From: Phoronis australis
Lineage: Eukaryota > Animalia > Phoronida
Assembly (NCBI GenBank): GCA_002633005.1
Contig: NMRA01000036.1
Location: 1,288,139-1,352,138 of the forward strand
Direction of reading: 5' to 3'
Length of the DNA stretch: 64,000 nt
The number at the start of each line of letters is the position of its first letter. Positions within the stretch are counted from its first letter, which is position 1. The translations under genes were made by a program, and so were the position numbers. Shown piece by piece: positions 38,501 through 50,500 of this stretch. A model generated the notes under the pieces. That model saw only the letters and a program-made list of their open reading frames with translations. It did no database searches and was not told the DNA's origin.

Positions 38501-41500
38501 GGACTATTCATACAATTACAATTAGCGGATGGCTTCAGGCGCCATTATGTGACATCAGCAAGTTGAAAAATGTTCATTGATGCGCTTGCAAAAGCGCATG
38601 TATTTTTTACGGCTCATTGCAAACCAGTTATGGACTGTGGGCAAGTGGGTTTGGTTATGCGTTCGACTGAGTTTTGACTGAGAATCGTAGTTATCAAATC
38701 AGGTCTAACTTCATTGCTTCATGTTTATTATTGTTCAGCAAGCGAGATCCTTTAGGCACGATTCCGTATAGTCAACGATTTCTCAGCAAAGTTAGTCAAC
38801 ACACCAAAGAATTACACTTGTCATTCTTTATAAGTACCAACAAGTGGCCCTAGGTGGATGCCTGGAGTAGTTTGATATCTTTTCAGCTCCAATCTTAGAA
38901 CCGCTTTCGACAACCTACCATACTACATGCCAAGAGTTGTCAACAAGACATTTTGGGTGTTGAAGTTTTTTTTACATAAGATGTGTTTTTTATCAAATAT
39001 CCATGACAATATTTCTGATATCGCACCGCGACACCGGTGAGTTCTGTTGATAGCGCGCAAGTGATGCCAGCAGACTGTCGTGACTTGGAAATGTGCGTCT
39101 CGTTTTTCATCATGAAACAACCCTACTATTCGCCAAAAGACGGCCACATCTTTATTTTCAGCGCAGTAGTTTTTGAGTGACCAAGGAAATTTCAAGCACA
39201 TTACTTGTTTCAGGGGGTACGTTCGCGACATGTGAATCGTCTGTCACATGTTGTTGGCAACGTAAAGTGTAGGCATGAGTACTCCAGCGTTTCAACTGCT
39301 TGAACGCCGTAAAATGCAACAACTGATAGATTTCATGTCGTTACATTTTCCATTCCTAAAATGTAACAAATTGTTACATTTTCCGTAACTGTTACAATTT
39401 ACGTCGAATGCACATGCGAAAAAGGTACCATTGTTACATTTTACGAAAGCGATGTCATATTTCATGAGTTTGCATGGTATTTGTCACACGGAGGAAAACT
39501 ATACACACACTTAACGCCTTTGTTCTCGAATTGCGTGAATGGAATTCTATCAAATGTGTCAGGTCGAATTTATAGATTTGTCCCTATGTGCTTTCCATGT
39601 TTTAACAAGAGTAGTTTCATGGTATAGTCAAAAATGGACAGCGTACAGTTTCAACTCCACACGAAAGGATTTTCCAGGATCAGGTTACAAAATTTTCATT
39701 GTTAAAACGTTCTTGCAATCTTTTTTGACGTTCATAGGTAATAAACCAATTGTGTATCCGGCATGCAGTAAACACACTTCCCTTGGTAAGCACAACAATG
39801 GCATCACGTTTGGCTAATACGTATCGTATTTCTTCAAGCACAAACGACAATAACATTTTTTCACGAAAAACTCGATATCGGAAGCCAGTTTAATAGAAAA
39901 AAAACACCAGTTTTAGTACAAGATATTTCGGTTTATTTCTGCCAGTGTTTTATCGCTAATGCAGTAATTGGCCTGCTCCACACAAAAGGAACAAAACCAA
40001 ATTTTCTGATACCGAGGGGTTCTGTCTACCACCTTAGTTACTATTGACAACTTCTTAAAGACATTGTGGTGAAAAGAAACAAAATCACGCATTTATTTGC
40101 TGGTAGGTCAACAGACTTTGCCAAAGCAACATCAAATTTTCGTATTTAAGACGGTCAGCCAATAGTTTATAAAAGTGTCGGCATAGTAACGTGTTTCATA
40201 CAGCTTAAAGGCTGAAAGAAATATCGTTGTTCCTATGATGTCTAATCTGTCTGAAATAATGGTGGCAACAACAGGTAAACCGCAACGTGTAAACATAAAA
40301 ATGGAATGCTTAGCTGGGGATTAGAAAATACTTTGCATTCTTAAAGGACATGACCATTTTGCTCAAACCTGGGCCCGGTATCTAATCTTTGTACTCGAAA
40401 CGAACTCGAAACTATTTTTGGCAATTTCTCTTAAGATAATTGGTTATCGGACTGTGCTCGAATACATTATAGTTTATGCATAGGAGTTTCTAGTTCAAGT
40501 TTGCCCTTGAAGACCCTTATATTCGTGCTACAAACTCGAGTAAAAACTCGAAATTTCGAGTTCAAACTCGAACTTATTGCTTTAATATTGGGTTTACAAA
40601 CTGTGAACTAAGGGCAATAAATTATCTACGAAGTTATTGTGTACTCAAGCATAAAATAACAGACACTTATCTTGAGTTCGCCCAAAAGTAGAGTAGAAAA
40701 TGCCAAACCTAGTTTCGAGTTCCATTTCGAGTAAAAAGACTGGAGACCGGGCCCTGGTCTAGGTCTATAGCTTAAAGAGGCAATAGTCCAAAAAAGCTGA
40801 CTGTAGACTTTTCGAACTATAAAAACATGAACGTTCTCTTTGTATTAACTTTTAAGATAAAATATGGATTAAAATTTCCATTTGGTTAATGGTCGTTAGT
40901 TCGAAGTACATATAAATAAAGACAAAGATTGGACATTCTGTTATTAATAGACGTGAAGTCACGTGTTTCATGAGGCGCCATTTTTTGTGTTGCAGCTCGC
41001 TAACTCAGTATATTACCCCTTTTGATACATTGCATTAAATGTTCATGTTAAACATCGGTGACAGTTGTGGGTTTTGTTCCATACAATCGACTTTCAGTGA
41101 AACCTAGTACAAATCATTGTTAAACCACTGTTCTTCTAAGAATATTGGGGCCCGTTCCACAAAAAAGTGTTGCCTGTTTCGTATGTCCGTTACCAGCTTT
41201 CTAATGACCCGGTGACAGCAGCCGACTAGTCGTTAGTTCTCGAAAAATGTATGCCTCTAGAGTTCAACTGAACGCTATATTTGAATTTGCACTTCATCGT
41301 GGAACAATCCCAGTTCTTTGACAAGGAATGTTTTCAACAAGAGACAAAAATAATTACACGGTGGGTATCCTCACGTTTAGATGTAAGTCTCCAGCAAAAT
41401 ATTGGGGGTCTGAATTTAGTTCATTGTGTCAAAATACAGATGGATATAGCTATAACTACAAACAAGGCAGTGCTTGCCGATAGTTCAGAAACAAACAACT

Positions 41501-44500
41501 TTTGAAGTTGGTGGACGACTAAACAAAATTATAAAAGTCATCCTCCTCGCTTCCAAAAAGAACGCCTACTCCACATTCACAGCTGTCAAGCGTTCCTCAC
41601 AACATCGTTAAGACTGAATATAGCAACCCCTATAAAATCTTTTAGGAGCAGCACTCGCTGTCCACTATGGAAAACCCGATGAAAACATTGAACCATAAAT
41701 GAGATGATTTTAAAATCTCTGAGGACCATGATATATTAGCACTTTGATAAATATGTATTGTGTCCTCGTTAAATAAATATAAAATTATAATTATAATAAT
41801 ATTAATTTTAATAAGGATAACTATAACGAGTAATAGTACTGATAGTAGTAATAGCAGTAATTGTAGTAATGATAGTAATGGTGATGTAACACTAACACAA
41901 GAGCAATGCGGAGCGTTGATATGCGCCCAGGAATGCAGCGCAAACGGTGTGCTACTAGGGTTGTTTATTTTTGACATAAAAATAGCCATAAGATGGCACA
42001 GAACATCCAATCCATCTAAAAACGGGAAAATGCCATTGCTTCTTTAATAGAAAGCTATTTACCAAATTTCATAAAAATCTGTCAAGGAATTCAGATTAAC
42101 AAAGGAAAACAGAAAAAATGAAATTGCCACTATGGAGCACAGCGTTCATTGTATCGGCCTGAGAGACGTCGTCTGTTGTTAGCTTCATGTAAATACAATA
42201 ACTATTAATATTTAATAACGATCCTGCTATGTGTTAAGAAGATGCATCTATGGGCTCAAAAAAAAAAAAAACCACCACTAGGAGACGCCACATTGAGAAC
42301 ATACGCGCCAATTTTCAAAATTATTCTTAGAATGGTTTGGTTGGGGTGGACGCCTAAAACAAATTCGAAAACAGGAAAAAATGGCCACTAGGTGTCGCAA
42401 AATACCTCGATTCTATCCGGGAGGATAGCATCATCTCACCAATAGATGCTTATATTCTAAATTTTCTGAAAATCTGCTGAGGACCTTCGAAGAAACAGGG
42501 GTAAACATAAAAAAACTAAAATTGCCACTAGGGGACACACTGCTAGTCAGATCCGTCCGAAAGTTGTTGTCATACATTATGAACATAATATAAATACTTT
42601 TGTTAAATTAAGCAAAGATCCTGGAAACGGTTTAAGAGATACAGCCATGGGCGCAAAAAAAAACAAAATTGCCACTAGGAGACGCCACAGTTGTCGAAGT
42701 CGTCGGAAAGTCATCGCCATCCTCGTAGTAAGAGCATTTGTAAATGCCAATTTTCACAATCATCCTTAGAGCTGTTTTATGACAATACGCTAAAAACCTT
42801 TTAAGAGGTAAACATAGAAACTGAAATTGCCACTAAGGGACACACCGGTAGTCAGATATGTCGTCGTCATTCATTGCCAACGTCGTATAATACCCTTGCT
42901 AAGTTTAGTAAAGATCCTGCCATAGGCTTAGTAGATACACCCATGGGCGCAAAAAATAAAGTGCCACTAGGAGGCGCCACAGTAGACGAAATCGTCGAAA
43001 AATCATCGCCAGCTGTACTCTTCATAGTAAGAACATGCATGTCAATTTTCACAATCATCCTTAGAGCCGTTTGGTCGATAGAGGGGTGGATGCCAAAACT
43101 CGAAAACAGCAAAAATGGCCAATAGGTGGCGCAAACGTCGTCGAATCCACCCAAAACGGAAGGATAGCGTCACCTCAGAAATAGATGCCTATTTGCCAAA
43201 TTTTATGAAACTACGTTGAGGACCTTTGAAGATATAGCGGTAAGCGCAAAAAACTCAAATTATCGATAGGGGGACACCGGTAGTCGGACCCGTCCGAACG
43301 TTCGCTCATGTCGTCCATCCATGAAGAGAACATATGTGCCAAATTTCATGCGCATAAAGTTATAATAGGTAGCAAATTTCATGTCGTGTCAGCCCGGAGG
43401 GCATTCCTATAGAAGAGGTACACGAAAGTGCCGCCCAAAAGGGTGTTCATTCACAGAAAAAAATACTCTCCAAAATGGTGCCATTTTCGGCAAAATTATA
43501 TCTACAAGGTGATATTCCTGAATTTCTGGAACAGAAGTGTGCCTCTAAATGGGCCACTTTTTGTCCGAGCCCACTCTCTAAACGAGTAGGTATTCAATTT
43601 TTTCGGGCGGCACCCTTCGTCCAAAATACTCCAGTACCCCCGGACCGTGACAGATACCACTTGTTCGTGATTTTGGTAATTTTCTTTGCAATATGACTTT
43701 TTACATTTTAGGAGACGCTCAGCAACTTAAAATGTAACAATGGCGTGAAATGTAATAGTTGTTACATTTTACGAAATTGTTACATTTTACGCTATATCAG
43801 CGCGCATTTTTACATTTTACGTTGTTAAGCCTCTCTTAAAGTGTAACAAGTTGTTACATGTTACGTAGTTGTTATATTTTACCTCGAATGCACAGGCGAG
43901 AAATGTATCATTGTTCCATTTTACGATACCCACGTCATGTTGCAAAGAAAATAACCAAAATCACGAACAAAAGGTATCTGACACGGCCGCAGGGGGGGGG
44001 GGTGATACTGGAATATTTTTAGACGAGGGGGTGCCACCCGAAAAAGTTAAATACCTACCCATTTAGAGAGTGGGCTCGGACAAAAATTCCGCTATCAGGC
44101 GTAGATCAACAGATAGGCGCATGCGCTCAATTGCGGGGTTTTACGGTAAAACAAAACATGTTTACAAATGCCGTTTTTATCATGTACATTTCCGGGGAGC
44201 AAAACGAAATATCGATTCATATATAGTACCAGAATTGCCGAGTAATGTTATTGTTGATCCTAAAATTTGCGTGCTTTTATATTTGTAGCGCGTCTTTTTT
44301 GTAAAATTTTCCATCACCGTTGCTAAAATATTCCACTAACACAACTTACATTGCTGTGACAATTTTGGCAAATTGTGACAATGTGGGCATGCAACCTCGG
44401 CAATTTTGAAGTTGTGACAATTTGGGACTTTATCATTTTTGGGAATAATAAATAGGTGAAACAGTACACATGGGTCTAATAGTATGCTAATATGTTGAAA

Positions 44501-47500
44501 GTATGCAAGTGGTATTGAGTAAGTACTTTCATGTAACAGCTCAATCATTCATTTAAAAAAGTAGGACCTTTGTTGTGGTTTTAACAAAATAGCATTAAGC
44601 AATAAAAAGAATGTTCAGAGAAATCAAAAAAGTTGACAACAACATGTGTAATGCAAAATGTTCATGGTGAAATCTCAAAAAAGCTGTTGTAAAGTTTCAA
44701 ATTATCATTTCGTTTTCGTTTGATGCAACTTCTGAGTTTTTGTGAAAATCCAATTTTTCGCGATAGCTCTTCATGCAAAAGTGAAACGCTTCAAAATAGT
44801 TTCTAACAGCGTTTTGGAAAACAGTACATAAAGCATAGTATCTGACACTTTCATTAGAAACTAATCATCATCTCTCTTTTTTCAATGTTTACTACAAAAA
44901 AAAAAATAAATGTACAATAAAAGCTAAGCCCAGAAAGCGCTACAAAGCATTATATCTGAGATATGGTGTTCCGGAGTTAGCCGAATTTGGACATCTAGGA
45001 TCCTACATATACTTAAATTCCACCAAAACTGCATTCCTTCCGTCCTTAGTATTTTTACTCTCATAAAACTAACCCCGTAACGTTCGACAACCCTACTGTT
45101 GCGGTATCGGTACGGCGAATGCACGTACTGCAGGTCCATAAGAAGGGAAACGTTAGTGGGAGGCATGGACCTTAATTTCAGATTTCCCCCCACCCCCAGT
45201 ATTGCCTCCACTTCCACCACTCCACTTCCCCTTGTAACCAATTTAGTACTACACCATAAAGGTATGTGGGATTTTACTATTTGAGGGACTGACTGACTGG
45301 GAGGCAGTTACTAGGATCCCAGATGTTTCAACAAAATTTCATACGTAAGGTCGCTTTTAAGACATGAAATGATTACGCGCGTTACGCCGATTCAGGATAT
45401 GATTTTGACCCATAAGGAATGTTTTCTAAGAAATTCACTTTTTAGGATGCTAAAAAGATGTACCGTCGAAATCATTCGTTAGGGGACCCAAAAGTAGTTC
45501 AAGAGAAATAGCATCTTCTTGCAGTTGAAGAGACGGAATAACGCTCTCGAAAGCTTCAATTATAATTTCGTCTATTTCCGAGAGTTTGAATGAGGCCAAA
45601 GTTCAAAACTCGCTTTATAAGGTTCCAGTTTGAGGAAAGTTCAATTTACTAGCCAGGGTTATTGGCTGAAGGTAAATTTTTTATTGTTGTGTTGAAGGTG
45701 TGTTTCAGGGTCTCTTGTGGACACCCAGTTTAGGCCTTTTCAAAAGCCCGAGGGCTGCACTCACCGAATGACACCAACCTAAGTCTAAATTCATCGAATT
45801 TCTTGTAGGGTTACTTCAGAATGGCAAAAAATATACCATGCACTTCGCCGTTTCGGTGTTGGATGGCAAAGATTTTCTCGAAGTTTGGTCACCATATAAG
45901 TTCATCGAAGCATCATCAATATTTCAGAAGATGATCTTTCGATTTCCGTAGATAAACACAAATATGTAAATCAGAAACCAACTTTATATCTGATAGAACA
46001 AAACCATGACATGCTGGACCGTAACACGGCTACACCATTAAAAACTAATGCACACACAGCATGTCTTTTGAGTTAACTACAGGTTGTTAACTAGCTGCGA
46101 CTGGAGTCGTTCCAGATCAGCGAAATTTACTGTATGGATTTTAGGCGATTCCCGGAGGCACATGGGCGCTGATACTTGGAAGCAACCGGTAGCACATTGA
46201 AGACGGGGCACCCAAGGGGGTTTAGTACCCGCTCTCAAGAAATTTTCAGAATTCATTCGTATTCAGGTTCAGAATTCCGGTTCATTCCAGTGTCTGTCAA
46301 TCACGATTGTGGGTTAAAACTGCACTCCAAAAATCGCAAAAATCTTTGTGAACATGTTTTGCGGTTTAAAAGGGTATTTGAACAGAGCCGCACCTCCAAT
46401 AGTGGACCTAATGCCTGAAAGGTGGCGTCTTAATGTGAAAAGCGTATCATTGGAAAATGGAAAAATGACAGTTAAATACATCATCGGCTGACCCTCTCAG
46501 AGTTGGACTTCCTTTAGGTAAAAGCTTGTACGATTTCACAAAACAGGATTAGAGTAGCGTGGGAAGGGATATCAATAAAAACAGGAAAAGAGTGGTTATG
46601 AATTAACGGCTGGAACACAAATGTTTGCGATTTATATTTCTACGCCTATTCAAGATTTACATATTCAAATTGATGCTATTATCAGGGGCTCTATCCGCCA
46701 AGTTCGCAATTCCATCACGTGAAATACAATTTCAACAAAAACTGAAAAAAGAGAGCTACCGATGACTCTATCATTTCTTGCCAGGGAAGGGTCACGGAGA
46801 AATACTCTTCGTATCTAAGGAATTATTTTGAAAAAATGGAAACAATTTGCTAAGGAAATATGTTCATAACAACTTTTCTTGATTTTTTTCGATGTATACT
46901 TGGTTAAGAACTCATTTCCAGTGTATTTAGACGATCTGTACCCTAACAAATGTTATTTTGGGCCCACCAATGGTAGTTCACAAATGTCCTATTAACTTTT
47001 TTCTGTGTGACATGTTTTTCTGCGATTTTTATTTTTCGACAGCACCCGTCCACACACCAATACTGGTCGCCCCGGTTTCACCCTAGTGCAGGCAAAGTAT
47101 TGACGGAGTTCACCTGCATGTGTAATGCATTTGACTTAAGTTGTCGACATGCGAAAATAATTCAAGATCGGATGAGCACGGTTTTGTTTTTGAAGTTCTT
47201 GCCACCAAAGCTGCTCTTACTATCGCTTTCAGAAAATACAGCAATAACACTCACTTGGTGGCATACCACACAGTTCCATTAGGCATTAGTCGCATAAGCC
47301 TGTTTGGAACCGTGATACTGTGGTATTGGGCTTTCTTCTCATTTCTGAACGTGACGTCAGGCACCCAAATCTTGTTCCATGTCCCTGAGGGGAGTTTAAT
47401 CTCCCCTGCATGAGAGAGTAATGATGTGAAACGTAGTCGAGGGTCTACCCATTGTTGACGTAGATAAATGTTGACGGAGTAGTCCTGAGGAGAAGTTGGT

Positions 47501-50500
47501 AAATCATTGGCGTATCAAATAGATATACATACATACATACATATATACCTAGATGCGCACGTACATACATGCATGCACATGCATACATTCATACATAAAT
47601 ACATGCATTGTATCTTTTGGCAGTAGTGCCTCTCTGGTACTGAGTTCGTTTAAACGATGCGACATTGATTGTTAGATAACTTCATAAATTTCATCGATGG
47701 AAAAGCCTGTTCTAAATCATCAATTCACACGCTACAGTCAAGGAGTGTAGAGTTCACTTCTAAGTTCGCTGCTATCTGAGCTACTAGCGCGGTCAAGTGG
47801 TGAATAAGCGACAGTTAACTAGGGAGCGCCAAATCAATGGGGAACGGCAAGGAGTCCATGTTCACGAATGCTATGAAGAACAAGCCGTTATGGATTGCAG
47901 TGCCGACAAAATGTGATGTCCGGAATCCACCAAAAATGAAGATGTCAAAAAGTTCTCCACAAGTTATGTTTATTACGGCTCTGGAATGAACTTTTTGTAT
48001 GTCTGATTATCGTCTCATAAAGCAAGTACTGGGACATCACGTGTAGAAAGGACAATTAGCCAAAATCTGTTTTTCATATTTTTACTAAGGTTGATCAGAT
48101 TGAAATATTTTATGAATAGTCAGTCTGTGATTTGGAGAGAGCCAAAGTGAAACTAATAGATCTTTCAGAGTCTGAATGGAGGGCTGAAATTCCAATAAAC
48201 CCAAGCTATCCGTATCATTTTGCTTCTCAATGACAAACACTTCTGTTAGTAAATTAGTTTTCAGGTTTGTTTACAATGCATTTCTTTGGCGAAAAGAGCT
48301 GTTCTATAGTAGTGAAGTAATAGAGAGAGAAGGTTTGTCAGATTTTCTTGTATTGATGTATGTGTTGCCTATTTTGCACGTTTTTGGAGATTGTGATTAA
48401 TTTAAGTCCCAATTGTAACTAGATAACAAATATGTTCGCGTCGTCAGGCTTTAACTTACTGAAATATTTACTGTTATTGATAATAAGAATAGTGGGTATA
48501 TAAAATTTTGGTCTTATCATCCAAGTCTTTTTAGCTCAGTATTGTATGAAGTTGTATGGGTAGTGAATATTTTGATTGCTGTTCAGTACCACTTAAGTTC
48601 TTTGTCATGACGCTTTGACGTTTGACTAGTTATGAGTGATGATATACTAAATGTTACTACGTCTTGTAAGTTGTGAGCTATTCTACAGAGTAGCAACTGA
48701 CTTTTAACTATTGGTGATTACAGTGGGAGAGTGGGGAAATTACCCTATACTGGCATGTCCAAGAAATAATGGAATGTTCTAAAATTATATACGTGAGAGT
48801 GCATCAGAATGGATTATTTTTTGCGGTTGTGATGAACTGCCTTGCTTTCTCCTTCTTACATGTGTAACACCCACTGCACAAAACAAAAACAATTGTCCGC
48901 ATTGCTAGTGTACTAGTGTATTGAATGGGGAACACATGCAAAATTGTTGGGTAAAAATGAAACCAGCAGTGAGCTTTGAGCAACGTGTTGTCAATGGTCA
49001 CTGAGAGGAGCTATCACAATTTGTGACGGTGTGGCATACCCCATTGGTTTTTACCTTACATATATCTACTATATAAAATGCATCGTTTGCACAAACTCCG
49101 TCTCTCCCGCTCGACTACAGACCATCGTTTCGCGCGTTTCGGCAACACCTTGGTCCCAGGTATTGCAGTTTTGTACTGGCCTTGGTGACGTCAGTCGGTC
49201 GGCTCAAAAGGCCTGGCTGCCGTCACTCCGTCGGCTTAATTTCACTCACTCCGGCTTCTGTCGCGTATATAATTCATCGGGCCTGTCGCCGCCAAAATTA
49301 ATGATGCCTGATTAAAAAACTTTTTACTCTTCCTTGAGTAAACTAAATTATTTGCCTGGATGTTGGAAAATTGGCGTTCTTCAGTTATTCTGCTGCTAAA
49401 ATTACGATGCCCTCTTTGGGCGCAATGCGTCACCTATCGGGCCAATTGCCACGTTCTTCAATCAACTATGGAGGTTGCGTACATGTCATAACAATCGGAA
49501 ATGGTTTTATTTCGTTACAAATTTTTACTATTTTAATACCAAAAAAAAACAACTTCAAAAAATACTCTCGAGAGATATCGAAACGTTTTGGGAAATGGCG
49601 CGTACGTGCGCGTGTCACGAGATTGCACTGTTTTCGAAACGACGGCAGATAGGATTTTCTTTTGTTACAAAAGGCGGAGAATTGCGAAAATAATGTTTAT
49701 TAGATTTTGTTTACTTCTATAAACGGCTGTAACGGGCACTGTGAGTGTCGATTCATTCCCAGAATCTGTATGCACCCCTGCACTAAGGCAGGTTGTTAGC
49801 TCTAAGTTTCACGACGAGGTGACGAGCTGAGCACCAGGGTTGTGTGAAATTTCGGTGTCTAACGGAGCTCTACACACAGCTACCTAGCTGTATGTTGACG
49901 AAAGTGTTCATACAGCTAGTTGGCTTTCTACCTCAATATGTACAATTATGATGCAACTTTTACAAATACATCCTGGGGCGGATCCAGGATTTTTGAGTTC
50001 GGGGGCACGGCAAATAGAGTATTAGCAGGAAGAGATAACCGATGGTTATCTCTTCCTGGTATTAGCCAGAGTTTTACCCTTCACTGAGACATTCGCACCA
50101 ACGAACTGCCAAATGGAAGCTGGGAGAATTTTATGAGCGGGGGGGCATGGCCCCCTTGCCCCCTCTAAATCCGCCACTGAAATCTATATACTTTGTATAC
50201 TATACAATAGTTTAAATGCATTCTTAGTTTTCATTTTAAACTGAAGAATATCTGATTACCGTACTTTGTGTTACGGCAGGGTCAAATGTTTTGGAAAGAA
50301 ATTTGTACTGCTTAGGGGAAGAATCCCACAGCCGCACACCTAAATTGCCCACTAAAATCTGACAGGTGACAGAAATTCTGCTTGAAGCTTTGAACACGGT
50401 CTCTTAAAGAAGTATTCCTCTCTCTTGCGATGAACACTCGATCGGTATACTCTTAAGTGCAGCTATTTCTCCTCGGCGTTTCCCACTAGCTACTCGTGCG

